The position numbers were made by a program, and so were the translations under genes. A stretch of 64,000 nucleotides of DNA, taken from the NCBI GenBank assembly GCA_041402045.1, contig JAWKSZ010000023.1, forward strand, positions 32,837-96,836. The letters are read 5' to 3'. The notes under the pieces were generated by a model that was not told the origin of the DNA, ran no database searches, and saw nothing but the letters and a program-made list of their open reading frames with translations. This stretch comes from Planctomycetota bacterium (GTDB lineage: Bacteria; Planctomycetota; J058). Shown here piece by piece: positions 9,347 through 20,000 of the stretch (within the stretch, counting starts at the first letter, position 1; each line of letters starts with the position of its first letter).

Positions 9347-11202
9347 GTGAGCGACGACGACGCGACCTTCGACGACAGCCGCATGTCGATCGGATCTCAC
9401 CTCGAGGAGCTGCGCTGGCACGTGCTCAAGGCCGTGGGCTACGTGTCCATTGCCTTCGTGATCGCGTTCTACCTGCAGGGGCCCTTGCTCAAGGTGGCGC
9501 AGTGGCCCTACGAGCGCGCCGCCAAGAACGTGATCGACTCGCGCGTGATCCCCGGGGTCGACAACGACCTGCGCGACTCGCTGGTCGCGGTCGACGACGG
9601 CTACCGTCAGCTCGACCAGAGCTTGAACGAGGCGGCCAAGGACGAGCTCCTGCTCCTCGACGCCCTCGAGCCGGGGCAACTGCAGAAGGACCTCGAGCAG
9701 CTGCTCGAGCAGCAAGCGAGCCTGGGCAAGGAGATCGCCGAGCTCCAGGAGCGCTACGTCGCGCTGCTCGACGCCGACGAGGTCAGCTTCCAACAGATCC
9801 TCGACCTGCGCGCCGAGCGCGAGGGCCTGCTCGCGCAGCAGCGGCAGCTCCAGAGTGTGATCGAGGAGCGGGTGGGTCCGTTCAAGGACCGCATGGCCAA
9901 GCTCCCGCGCATGGAGCTGACCCAGATCCGGCCCCAGGAGGCGTTCCTCTCCGCGCTCAAGCTGTCCCTGGTGGTGGCCTTGTTCTGCGCCTCGCCCCTG
10001 GTCGCCCGCGAGCTGTGGAGCTTCGTGTCCAAGGGCCTCTACCACCACGAGAAGTACGATGCGCTACTGCGCCGCTGACCGTGGTCGCGTTCATGTGCGG
10101 CGCCGCCTTCGGCTACTTCGTGCTGATCCCCTACGGCGTCGAGTTCCTGATCGGCTACCTCCCGGACGTGTCGGGGAGTATCTCCTTCGGCGAGTACCTC
10201 AAGCTGTTCACCCTGCTCACCGTGCTCCTGGGCGCGGTGTTCGAGCTGCCGTTGATCATGGTGTTCCTGACCCTGATCGGCGTGGGCAGCGCCCCGCTCT
10301 ACCGGCGCTACTTCAAGTACTGGGTGCTCGCCGCCTTCGTGATCGGCGCCGTGCTCACCCCTCCCGACCCCGTGACCCAGGTGCTGATGGCGGGGCCGCT
10401 GATCGCCCTGTTCTGGGTCGGCGTGGCGGGCTCGGCCTTCGTCGGCGCTCGCGTGCGTGAGACCGACGAGGACGAGGACGAGACGCCGCCGCCGGCAACC
10501 GCCGCGCCGCCGGCGCCGGGACCCCAACCCGCGCCGAGCGCGCAGCCCGCGCCGAGCGCGCAGCCCGCGCCGAGCGCGCGGCCCGCGCCGAGTGTGCCGC
10601 CGCTGCCGGTGCTCGCTCCGCCCCAGGGAACGCGTCCGCGCAGCGACACGCCGGACGAGGACGAGGACGCGGCCACGGCGAGCGCACCGCCTGCGTCCCC
10701 GCGTCGACCGGGTCCCCCGCGTCGCCGCGGACCGACGCGGCGTCCCGCGCGGCGTGCCCCGTCACGCCCTGCGCCGTCGGGGACCGGCTCCGCGCCGTCG
10801 GGGACCGGCTCCGCGCCGCCGGGCACCGGCCCCGCGCCGTCGGGCACTGGCTCCACGCCGTCGGGCACGGGCCCTGCGGCTTCCGGTTCGGGGAGCGGCG
10901 CCGTCGAGCCTCCTGTGCCGGCGGTGCCACAGGTCACCCACGGCAGCCAGTCGCACTACACCCTCAGCTCGAGCGAGCTCGACGACCTCGCGGCCCGGCG
11001 CGCCGCCCTCGAGGCGGAGCTCATGGCCGAGGAGGAGGACGACGAGGAGTTGCCCTGGACCCCGGAGCCTGACGACGCCGACCCCGAGGAGTTCCTCGGG
11101 GAGTCGGTGGAGCAGCCGCCGCCGCCGCGCCCCGGACCGAAGCCGGGCTCCGGCGAGTTCTACGGGGACGCCGCGGAGAGCCAGGACGGCGAACCCCGGT
11201 GA
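9347..11202 (+). CDS. tatC: twin-arginine translocase subunit TatC, oversized, with apparent frameshift near 10060-10078
   Basis: Frame A (9347-10078) carries TatC N-terminus, TM1 and TM2 (SHLEELRWHVLKAVGYVSIAFVIAFYL ... SALKLSLVVALFCASPLVARELWSFVSKGLYHHEKY). Frame B (10060-11202) carries the TatC core (GAAFGYFVLIPYGVEFL, VFELPLIMVFL, LTPPDPVTQVLMAGPL) plus a ~250-aa P/A/S/G-rich tail. RBS GGGAGGGG before the GTG at 9347. Confidence 0.7.
10531..10602 (+). repeat. 18-bp tandem repeat (gcgccgagcgcgcagccc x4) encoding PAPSAQ repeats in the TatC tail
   Basis: Direct reading. Confidence 0.8.
10771..10896 (+). repeat. 21-bp tandem repeat (x6) encoding SGTGSAP repeats in the TatC tail
   Basis: Direct reading. 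Confidence 0.8.
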
Positions 11203-11876
11203 AGCGCGAGGAGCGGAGGGCGGCGCTGGTCGCTGAGATCCCCCGCTCCTACTCGGGCTGGCTGCACTTCGTGGCGATCAACCTCGCGACCGTGGCCGCG
11301 ATCGCGGGGGCGGTCTACGCCGCGCGCGGGGCGGACCCGCGGCTGTGGCTCCTGGTGCTGCCCTGCTTCGCCTTCGCCAACCTCTGCGAGTGGCTGTTCC
11401 ACCGGGGGCCGCTCCACGTGCGCACCCGGGGCCTGGGGCGGCTCTATCAGCGGCACGCCGGCGTGCACCACGTGGCCTTCGTCGAGGGCGACATGGCCTT
11501 CCGCGCGTCGCGGGAGCTGGCCCTGGTCCTGTTCCCGCCCTACATGTTCCCGGTGCTGCTCCTGCTCACCGCGCCGGTGACCGCGGCCCTGGCCCTGGCC
11601 GCGCCGCCCCTGGCCTGGGTGTTCCTGGCCTCGGCCTGCGGCTACTACCTGGTCTACGAGTGGCTGCACCTCCTGCACCACTGGCCGCAGGACGGCTGGC
11701 TCGGACGGCGGCGCGCGGTGGCGTGGCTGCGGCGGCACCACGCCCGCCACCACGACCCGCGGCGCATGCGCGCGGGCAACTTCAACGTCTCGTTCCCGCT
11801 CTGCGACTACGCGCTGCGCTCGGTGCTCCCGGCGACGACGGGCGCGACCGAGGAGCCCGCGGCGTCCCAGGGCTGA
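11199..11876 (+). CDS. fatty-acid hydroxylase/sterol desaturase superfamily membrane protein
   Basis: 225 aa. His-box motifs (HRGPLH, HHVAF, HLLHHW, HHARHH). GTG overlaps the tatC stop (GTGA). Confidence 0.7.
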   Translation: MKREERRAALVAEIPRSYSGWLHFVAINLATVAAIAGAVYAARGADPRLWLLVLPCFAFANLCEWLFHRGPLHVRTRGLGRLYQRHAGVHHVAFVEGDMAFRASRELALVLFPPYMFPVLLLLTAPVTAALALAAPPLAWVFLASACGYYLVYEWLHLLHHWPQDGWLGRRRAVAWLRRHHARHHDPRRMRAGNFNVSFPLCDYALRSVLPATTGATEEPAASQG

Positions 11877-12415
11877 GTCGGGGGCGCGACCCGCAGCCCC
11901 GTGCGCCAGCGGGTCCGGCGCAGCAACCCGCCGGTGACCAACCCCACGCGCAGCTCGAGGGGCCTGAGCCCCGCGCGCCGTACACGGACCTCGATCGCCC
12001 ACGTCCCCGGGTCGCGCTCCCCCGCAGGCAGGAGCGCGAGGCGGGCCTGGGCGTCGCCGCGGGTGGCGAGGGTCAGCGCGCGGATCCAGGTCGGCGTCCC
12101 GAGGGCGAGCTCGACCCGGGCTGCGAGCCAGGGGCTGCGCAGGCTCGCGGGGTCGAGGCTCAAGCGCAGCCGGGGCACGAGCGGGGCGGGGTCCGGTCGG
12201 GGCTCGTGGCTCACGCAGGCCGCCCAGCCGCGGCCCACGGCCCAGGCGTCGCCCTGGCGCGCGGTGGCCAGACGCTCGAGCAGCGCCGCGTCGTCGCAGC
12301 TCGGGCAGCGGGCGAGCTCCCAGCCGCAGCCGGGGTGGACGGGGGCGGCGCAGCGCGGGCAGGCCAGGGTCCCGCGAGCCTCGCCTCGGCAGAAGGGGCA
12401 GCGTGGGCCGCTCAC
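11807..12415 (-). CDS. hypothetical protein with N-terminal zinc ribbon (CPFC...CPRC...CPSC)
   Basis: GTG overlaps the histidine-kinase stop (GTGA), suggesting translational coupling. It is the C-terminal part of a 620-aa shadow ORF. Its 3' end overlaps the convergent hydroxylase gene by ~70 nt. Confidence 0.4.
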   Translation of the reverse strand: MSGPRCPFCRGEARGTLACPRCAAPVHPGCGWELARCPSCDDAALLERLATARQGDAWAVGRGWAACVSHEPRPDPAPLVPRLRLSLDPASLRSPWLAARVELALGTPTWIRALTLATRGDAQARLALLPAGERDPGTWAIEVRVRRAGLRPLELRVGLVTGGLLRRTRWRTGLRVAPPTQPWDAAGSSVAPVVAGSTERSA

Positions 12416-14262
12416 GCCGAGGCCGCCGGGAAGGTGAGGAGGAAGCACGCGCCGGGGTCGCAGGGCTCGAGGCTCAGCCCGGCGCGCATGGCCTCGGCCT
12501 GCGCCCGCGCGATCGCCAGCCCGAGGCCGGCCCCGCCGACCTCCTGCGGCGAGCGCCCGCGCACGAAGCGCTCGAAGATCGCGCGCTGCTCGTCCCCCGG
12601 CACCCCGGGGCCCCAGTCGCGCACCCGGACCTCCACGCCCTCGGCCCCCGCGCGCGCCGAGAGCGCGATCCGCTTCTCCGCGCCGACGCCGTACTTCGCC
12701 GCGTTGTCGAGGAGGTTGCCCACGATCTGGTGCAGGGCGTCGGGGTCGGCCTGCACGGCGGGCAGGTCGTCGTCGAGCTCGACCTCGAGCTCGAAGCCCG
12801 CGCCCTCGAGCCGGGTGCGGAAGCTCTCGGCGATCCCGATCAAGGTCGGCGCCAGCTCCAGGGGGCGGGTCAGGGTGGCCAGGGGCAGGCTGCGCTCGAG
12901 GCGCGAGGCGTCGAGCACGTTGCGCACCAGGCGGCTCAAGCGCTCCGACTCCTGGAGCAGGCTCCCGTAGTAGTCCTGCTGCTTCGCGGGGTCGGTGACC
13001 AGCCCGTCGTGGAGCAGCTCGACCATGGCCCGCATGCCGGTCAGCGGCGCCTTGAGCTCGTGGGTCAGCGCGGCCACGAAGTCGCTGCGGCGGCGGGCGA
13101 GGGTGCGCTCGGCCTGGAGGATCCGCCCCAGGATCCAGGCGCCGCTGCCCACGACCAGGAGCGCCAGGGCCAAGGCGCCGTGCAGGACGCCGCGGCTGCG
13201 GGCGAGGGCGAAGTCGGTGGCGTTGGGCGGCGCAGGGTCGACCACGCTCAGGCCGCTGAGGGGCTCGGGCAGCGGGGTCCCGTGGACGCTGGCCGCGGCG
13301 CTGAGGGCGAACTCCAGGGCGCCGGGCGCGGGGCCGGCCTCCAGCCCAGCCGCCGCCGCGGCCAGGGCCGCCCGAGCCTGCGCGCGCAGCCAGTCGACGT
13401 CGAGCACGAGCCCTTGCCACCACTCGCGGTCGGGCTCGAGGGTCTGGGCGGTCGCGGGGACCTGGACCCGGCGGGCGGCGACGAGGAGCGTCGGCCAGCC
13501 GTCGGGGCCCGAGGCGGCGGCGAACAGGCGGAAGGCCTCGACGCGGACCTCGACCCGCGGCGCCTCGAGCGGCGCGCTGAGCTTGTTCTGGGGGACGTAG
13601 GCCTGTTGGCCGTAGTTGCTGGCAGGGTCGACGTCGTTCGCGCCGCGGCGGGTGCGATACGCCTCCCACTGCCCCTTGAGCTCGGCGTCCACCTGCGGGC
13701 TCCGCGAGGCCTCGTCGATCAGGGCCAGGGTTTGCTCGTTCGAGAGGTTGCTCTCGCAGGTGAGGGGGTCGACCTCGTGCACTCGGGGCGCGACGAGGGG
13801 GCCGTCCTGGGGGAGCAGCTCGACGTGCTCCTGCAGCCGGCGCAGCGCGGGCAGTGTGGACGCGGCCTCGGGGGTGGGGGCCTCGGCCTCGAGCAGCTCG
13901 CCAGGGAAGGCAGGGCTCGAGAGCACCCCGTCGCGCAGCTCGAAGTAGGCGGCCACCCCGGGGCCCGGCTCCTCCGCCAGCGGCGAGACCAGGAGCGCCA
14001 CGGAGTTGGTCACGAGCTCCGGGGGCAGATACAGGTGCCGGAACTGGTCGTAGGGGCGCGCGCTCTCCCGCGTGCGCAGGGCCTCGAGCTCGTGGGCGAC
14101 CTCGGCCACCACCGCCTCGCGGGCGCGCGCGCGCTGACCGAGGGCCTCGGCCTGCAGCCGCTCCTCCTCGGCCCGAATCCCCTGCAGGCCGAGGGCGTAG
14201 AGCATGCCCACCGCGCCGAGGAGCAGCGCGCCCAGGGCGGCGAACACACCTAGCTGCCGCAC
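12412..14262 (-). CDS. sensor histidine kinase (two TM, periplasmic sensor, HisKA, HATPase_c)
   Basis: C-terminal HELKAPLTGM H-box and N/G1/G2 boxes (NLLDNAAKY, DWGPGV, GGAGLGLAIA). GTG at 14262 precedes TM1 (LGVFAALGALLLGAVGM) and overlaps the end of the RR gene. Confidence 0.85.
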   Translation of the reverse strand: MRQLGVFAALGALLLGAVGMLYALGLQGIRAEEERLQAEALGQRARAREAVVAEVAHELEALRTRESARPYDQFRHLYLPPELVTNSVALLVSPLAEEPGPGVAAYFELRDGVLSSPAFPGELLEAEAPTPEAASTLPALRRLQEHVELLPQDGPLVAPRVHEVDPLTCESNLSNEQTLALIDEASRSPQVDAELKGQWEAYRTRRGANDVDPASNYGQQAYVPQNKLSAPLEAPRVEVRVEAFRLFAAASGPDGWPTLLVAARRVQVPATAQTLEPDREWWQGLVLDVDWLRAQARAALAAAAAGLEAGPAPGALEFALSAAASVHGTPLPEPLSGLSVVDPAPPNATDFALARSRGVLHGALALALLVVGSGAWILGRILQAERTLARRRSDFVAALTHELKAPLTGMRAMVELLHDGLVTDPAKQQDYYGSLLQESERLSRLVRNVLDASRLERSLPLATLTRPLELAPTLIGIAESFRTRLEGAGFELEVELDDDLPAVQADPDALHQIVGNLLDNAAKYGVGAEKRIALSARAGAEGVEVRVRDWGPGVPGDEQRAIFERFVRGRSPQEVGGAGLGLAIARAQAEAMRAGLSLEPCDPGACFLLTFPAASA

Positions 14263-14963
14263 GCGACCTCCTCGCCCAGCTTCCAGCCCGCGCCGTGGAC
14301 CGTGAGCACGATTCGGGGCTCGCTGCGCTCGGGCTCGATCTTCTTGCGCAGCTTGCCGATCGTGTTCTCGACCGTGCGCGTCTTGACCCCGCTCGCGGTG
14401 GGGTAGCCCCACACGTTTACGAGGAACTCGGGCTGGGTCACGACGCGCCCCTTGTGCTGGGCGAGGTAGCGCAGGATCGCGACCTCCTTGGCCGTGAGCT
14501 GGATCGGGTCGCCGCCCTCGAGGGTGCACTCCATGCGCGAGAGGTCCAGGTGTACGCCGTCCAGGCTCAGGACCTCGGCCTGCTCCTCGCCGTCGCTCCA
14601 GCCGCTGCGCCGCAGGCGCGCGTCGACCCGAGCCAGGAGCTCGCGCACCGAGAACGGCTTGACCATGTAGTCGTCGGCGCCCAGGGACAGCCCGCGCACC
14701 CGGTCGTCCTCGCTGCCGCGTGCGGTGAGCATGAGCACGGGGGTGCGATCGCCGTCCTGGCGCAGGCGCTGGCACACCTCGAACCCGTCCAGGCCGGGGA
14801 GCATGACGTCGAGCACGATCAGGTCGTAGCGGTGCGCGCGCGCGCGACGCAGCGCCTCGGCGCCGTCCACGGTGTCGTCGACCGAATAGCCCCGCGCGCG
14901 CAGCGCGTCGCGCACGGCGGTGCGAATGCTGGGCTCGTCCTCGACGAGGAGGATCGTCTTCAC
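14250..14963 (-). CDS. OmpR-family response regulator
   Basis: 237 aa. Receiver (ILLVEDEP...LDVMLPGLDG...MLTARG) and winged-helix output (LTAKEVAILRYLAQH...VWGY). GTG with GGAGG 7 nt upstream. Confidence 0.9.
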   Translation of the reverse strand: MKTILLVEDEPSIRTAVRDALRARGYSVDDTVDGAEALRRARAHRYDLIVLDVMLPGLDGFEVCQRLRQDGDRTPVLMLTARGSEDDRVRGLSLGADDYMVKPFSVRELLARVDARLRRSGWSDGEEQAEVLSLDGVHLDLSRMECTLEGGDPIQLTAKEVAILRYLAQHKGRVVTQPEFLVNVWGYPTASGVKTRTVENTIGKLRKKIEPERSEPRIVLTVHGAGWKLGEEVACGS

Positions 14964-15113
14964 GGCAAGGCCTCCACCGGGATCGTAGACGCGGAGCCCC
15001 CCCCGCGCCCTGCAACGCGATTGCAAATCCCCGCGACGTCGAGTTGCAGGCTCGTGGGCGGCGATCCGGGGCGCGCGGGCGTCTACTCGGGTGAGCCACA
15101 GGAGGTCGCTCGC

Positions 15114-16430
15114 ATGAAGTCCCCACACCCCACCCCGAACCCCGTCCCCACCGTCGAAGCCCTGCCCGAGTCCGACACCCGGGCGCTGAGCGTCCTGGCG
15201 CTGTGCGCCCTGGGCCTCGCCGGCGCCGCCTGCTGGGCCTCGCTCAGCGATCGCGCCGCGCCGGTCGTCGTCGGTCCCCCGCCCCGCCTGGCGGTCGTCG
15301 CCGAGCCCGAGCCCGAACCCCTGCCCGAGCCCGACCCGGCGCAAACCCTGGTCACCGTCGAGCCCGGGGTCGAGGAGCCCCAGGTCGACGTCGGGCCGCA
15401 GACCGCGGCCTCCCCCCGGATCGAGGTCGCCTTCGTGCTGGACACCACCGGGAGCATGGGCAGCCTGCTCGAGACCGCCAAGCAGAAGATCTGGGGGATC
15501 GTGAACGTGCTCGCCACGGCGCGCCCGCAGACCCAGATCGCCCTGGGGCTGGTCGCCTACCGGGACGCGGGGGAGGCCTACGTCGCCCAGAGCTACCCGC
15601 TCACCGAGGACCTGGACAGCTTCTACGCCGCGTTGATGGCGCTCCAGCCCGTGGGCGGGGGCGACGCCCCCGAGGCCGTGCTCGAGGCCCTGGCTGCCGC
15701 AGCCAAGGACATGCAGTGGACCGCCCGCGGAGCGCGCACCGTGTTCCTCGTCGGCGACGCTCCGCCCCACCCCGAGACGCTCCAAGCCTGCCTCGGCGCG
15801 CAGGCCTGGGTCGACGGGCAGGGTCAGGCCCTCGAGCCGACGCGGATCAACACGATCCTCTGCGGCGCCGACCGCAGCGCCGGGGCGGCGTTCCAGTCGA
15901 TCGCGGGCGCCCACACCGGCGAGTTCGTCGCGATCGAGCCCAACCCCGCCGCGCACACGATCCAGACCCCCTACGACGCCGAGATCGTGCGGCTCCAGGC
16001 CGAGATCGAGGCCACGGTGCTGGCCTACGGCTCCGCGGAGGACAAGGCCCGGGTGTCGAGCCAGCAGGGCATGAACTACGCCAACAGCGCCGAGGTCCAG
16101 TGCCAGCGCGCCTCGGCGTTGACCAAGACCGGGGGCTTCTACAGCAACGACCTGCTGTGGGCGGTCGAGAACTCGACGGTCGTCCTGGACGAGCTCGACG
16201 ACGCCTGTCTGCCCGACGAGCTGCGCGGGCTGAAGCCCTCTGCTCGGCGCGAGGCCCTCGAGGCCCTGCGCGCCAAGCGCGAGGCCGCGAAGCGCGCGCT
16301 GCTCGAGGTCGTCGCCCAGCGCGACGGCTGGATCGCGCAGCAGCCCGAGCTCCAGAGCGACTTCGAGCGCGAGATCCAGGCGATCCTCGCCTCCCAGCTC
16401 GCCGAGCACGGCTTCTACTTCGGCTGCTAG
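15114..16430 (+). CDS. secreted von Willebrand factor A (VWA) domain protein
   Basis: ATG with GGAGG 8 nt upstream. Signal-like hydrophobic N-terminus. MIDAS-like DTTGSM motif. Divergent from the two-component pair. Confidence 0.85.
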   Translation: MKSPHPTPNPVPTVEALPESDTRALSVLALCALGLAGAACWASLSDRAAPVVVGPPPRLAVVAEPEPEPLPEPDPAQTLVTVEPGVEEPQVDVGPQTAASPRIEVAFVLDTTGSMGSLLETAKQKIWGIVNVLATARPQTQIALGLVAYRDAGEAYVAQSYPLTEDLDSFYAALMALQPVGGGDAPEAVLEALAAAAKDMQWTARGARTVFLVGDAPPHPETLQACLGAQAWVDGQGQALEPTRINTILCGADRSAGAAFQSIAGAHTGEFVAIEPNPAAHTIQTPYDAEIVRLQAEIEATVLAYGSAEDKARVSSQQGMNYANSAEVQCQRASALTKTGGFYSNDLLWAVENSTVVLDELDDACLPDELRGLKPSARREALEALRAKREAAKRALLEVVAQRDGWIAQQPELQSDFEREIQAILASQLAEHGFYFGC

Positions 16431-17036
16431 CTAGCTCGCGAGGGCCCACTCCGTGAGGGACTCCGCCAGCGCCTGGCGCAACGCCTGGCGCTGGTGGCGC
16501 AGCGTCCCCCGCAGGAGCTTGGCGACCTCGTCGACCAGCAGCGCCGCGAACTTGGTCACGTCCTCGGGGGCGGTGGCTCGGAGCAGGCGCTCGGTCCAAA
16601 GGGTCAACCGCGAGCCCTCGCCCAAGGGCGGGGGCGCGGTGCCTGCGCGACAGGCCTCGAGGTGCCCGAGGAGCGTGGCGAGCTCAGCGAGCAGCACGTC
16701 CTCTGCCGGCGCGGTGCTCCCGTCGAGCTCGCGCTGGGCGAGGGCGAAGGCCGCGCCCACCGCTCGGGCGGCGGCGCCGCGGACCAGGAGCGGGTAGCGC
16801 CCGAGGCGCCCCCGCCCCAACCCGCGCACCCAGGTGAGCAGGTTCGGCTCCTCGGCGAAGCCGCGGTCGCCCAGGGCGCGCTGCGCTGCCACCGAGCCCA
16901 CGTAGGCCGCGAACAGCAGCCGCGGGCGAGGGAGCGTCCCCGCCCGCACCCGCGCTTGGACCAGCTCGCGCTCGACGTCCAGGTCCCGGGTGGCCAGCCA
17001 GCGCTGCTCGAGCTCGCGCAGGCGTCGGTCGCTCAC
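16431..17036 (-). CDS. hypothetical protein
   Basis: ~201 aa. GTG overlaps the stop of the upstream WGR/DUF4132 gene (GTGA). Its stop abuts the VWA stop (tagcta). Confidence 0.5.
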   Translation of the reverse strand: MSDRRLRELEQRWLATRDLDVERELVQARVRAGTLPRPRLLFAAYVGSVAAQRALGDRGFAEEPNLLTWVRGLGRGRLGRYPLLVRGAAARAVGAAFALAQRELDGSTAPAEDVLLAELATLLGHLEACRAGTAPPPLGEGSRLTLWTERLLRATAPEDVTKFAALLVDEVAKLLRGTLRHQRQALRQALAESLTEWALAS

Positions 17037-20000
17037 CCGCGGCGCTTCTCGGCGATCGAGGCCAGGTCCCGGGCGACCTCGCTGAGCACGGTGCGGTCGA
17101 GGTCGGCCAGGGGGATCCCGGCGTCGGCCTGGAGCGAGGCGCACTCCCCGGGGCTGAGCGCGCCCTCGAGGAACAGCACGCCGTCGACGGGCTGATCCTC
17201 CTCCCACTCGAAGGGCACCACCGAGAGCCCGCCGTGCTGCAGCACCGCGGTCAGGCCCGCGCCCTCGAAGTGCTTGTAGTGCTCGCCCACGATCCCCGCG
17301 TCCTGGGGCTCGCCGCGCTGCCAGCCGCGCGTGGCGAGCAGCCCGCGCAGGGACTGGGGCGGGATCGGGACCCCGCAGGCGTGGGTCAGGCGCTGGCCCT
17401 GGAGCTCCTGGGGGTCGAGCGAGATCGCCTCGCGCTCGAGCTGGGGGAACGGGGCCAGCCGGCCCTCGCGGTCCCACAGCGCCTGCCAGGTCGCGCGCTC
17501 CTCGTCCTCCAGGTCGAGGGGGTGGAGGACTCCGACCGGGTCGTCGAGGACCCGCGGCTTCCCCGTGAGGTCCCGCGCGCCGCCGGCGTCGTCGAGGCGG
17601 AACGGGACGGGGCCCTCGGGGCCGTAGGTCGCCCACACCGTGCCGGAGGCCAGGTGTCGCAGGAGCGGGTGTTCGACGATCAAGGCCCGGAAGTCGTCGG
17701 GGCTCCAGCGCCGCTGGCCGACCATGGCCTGCTCCAGGCGCTCGCGCTGCAGCGCGAGGACGCCCTGGACCTCCTTCTTGAACGCGCGCCACTCGGCCAG
17801 GGCCTGGGGCGCGAGCTCGGGGTCGTCCTGCTTGCCCGGCTTGGGCGGGGTCTTGAGCAGCTTGCCGTCGGCGCGCTTGACCAGGGGCACCAGCTCGGGG
17901 CCCAGGCAGAAGGCGAAGCTGCGCGGACCGTAGTCGAAGCTGCGCTGGCCCTCGGCGTCGAGGCCGCAGTCCGGGACCAGGCGGTCGGCGAGCTCTTCCC
18001 GGGAGAGGCCCCGGGCGGCGGCGATCTCGTCCATGCACTCCGCCGCGCGCTGCTTCAGCGCGCGGAACTTGAGCTTCTGCGCGATCCCGGCGAGCGCGCT
18101 CAGCGCGCGCTCGCTGCCGATCGTGCGCAGGCAGTCGAGCCCGAGGACCGCGCGAGCGTGCTGGCTCTCCCCGGGCCAGGCGCGGATCAGCGGCGTGAGG
18201 CGCGCGACGGTGGCGTCGCCGCCCAGGTGCCCGAGACCCGCCAGGACCCACTTCTGCTGGGGCGGAGCGCCGTTGCGTTCCCAGGCGCTGTAGGCGCTCC
18301 AGGCGAAGGCCTCCAGGGACTCCGCGCTGGCGGCGGTCTTCAGCGCCGCGACCGCGTCCCGGCCGTCGGCCCCCACCTCGCGCAGCGCGCGCAGCGCGAG
18401 CGCGACCTGAGCTGCGTTCAGGGGCGCGCCTCCCACCCGAGGGGCCTCCAGGCGCTCGGGGCGCAGCCAGGTCGCGGCGTGCTTGCCCTTCAACGGGGCC
18501 AGCCCGGCGACGGCCTCGAAGGCGCGCTCGAGCTCGGCGGGCAAGTCCGCCGGAGGCACGTCCGCCGCCGGCTCCAGCAGCCCTGCGACCTGCTCCGCGA
18601 TCGCGGGGGCGGGGTCCTCCAGCTCGAGGGCGCGCTGGACCGTGGCCGGGGCCGCCTCGGCCAGGTCGAGCAGGGTCTCGCGCGCGTCGTCGACGGCCTC
18701 CCCGCGCGCGAGCGCGCGGATCAAGCCCCGCGCCGCGACGCCGGGGTTCTCCTCGAACCACTGCGTGACGAAGGGCAGCGCGGAGCGCTTGCTGCGCAGA
18801 GCCAAGATCGTGGGCACGAGCTCCGGGTCGCGGACCCCGCGCAGGAGCTCGAGGTAGCGGGGGAGCGAGTCCGTGGTCTGAACCAGGAGCGACTGGGTGA
18901 GCGTGGGGTAGCCCGCGCTGCCGGTGGTCGCGATCCAGGCGGCGAGCTGCTTGGGGTCGGTCACCAGGAGCTTCAGGCGTTCGGCCTCCGCGACCATGCG
19001 CTCAGCGCTCCCCAGCGCGAACAACAGGGCCTGCGGGTCCTGGGCGTAGGCGACATAGGCTCCGCGAAAACGCCCGGGGGGGAACGCGGCGAACAAGGCC
19101 TGGAGTGGCTCGACGCAGCCGAACAGCGCGGCGAAGTAGAGCACCAGGGGCCAGCGCTCCTCGTCGTCCACCGCGTGGAGGTCGAGCCCCGCGAGGTCCG
19201 CGAGGATCTGAGCTCGCATGCGCCCGCGCTCGGCGCGGCTGAGGTAGGGGAGCACCTCCTGCTGGTAGGCTTCCCGCAGCCCCATGTCGCCAAAGTTGCG
19301 CCGGGTCGGGGCGCGCCAGCTCGGCGACGTGCGCAGGCGCTCCAGGAGCAGGTCGTCGAGCTCCTGCTCCGTCAGGAACTGTCGGGTCAGGCGCAGGGCG
19401 GACACGTCGCCGAGGGCTGAGGACGGCCACACCAGGCGGTCCCAGCTCCGGTCGAGGGTCAGGTCCCCGGCGACGGTGGCCAGGTCCACGTCCTGGCCGT
19501 CGCCGACCTCCGCCGCCACCTGGATCGGGGTCCGCTCGCCGTTCACGCGGCGCAGGACCGCGTAGACGAAGCGCGCCCCCTCGGGGGTCAACGGCGGCTC
19601 GAGGGCGCGCCAACTCAGCGCGCCGACGAAGAACCCGCGATGGCCGGCGTAGTCTTCGGTGAGGCTCGCGAGGGTCGCCTCGCGGTCGAAGGGCTGCGGC
19701 GCGGGGCGCTGGAGCGGTTCAGGGTCCTGCCACAGAGGCCAGAACGCGGTCTCCTGAGAGAGGTCGAGCCTGGGCTCGAACTCGACGCTCGGGTCGACCG
19801 CGGCGGGCTTGGCCTTGGCGGAGGCGGCCTTGCGCTCGGCGGGCGGCGCTGTGGCGGGGGTGGCCTGAGCCTTACGGCCGGCGACCTTGGCCTCGGGCGC
19901 CTGCGGCTGGGCGGCCTTGCCCTTGGCCTTGGCCTTGGCAGCCTGCGGCTGGGCGGCCTTCGGCTTGGGGGACGTCGGCTCTGACGGCGGAGCGCCTGCG

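Noticed and set aside
10050-10085. Programmed -1 ribosomal frameshift in tatC
   Set aside because: There is no X XXY YYZ slippery heptamer or downstream structure at the frame junction. Several other genes in the window show similar single-base defects, so an assembly indel is more parsimonious.
11345-12970. 541-aa plus-strand ORF between the hydroxylase and histidine-kinase genes
   Set aside because: It is an R/G/P-rich shadow. The zinc-ribbon ORF on the minus strand, coupled to the kinase stop, is the better candidate for this interval.
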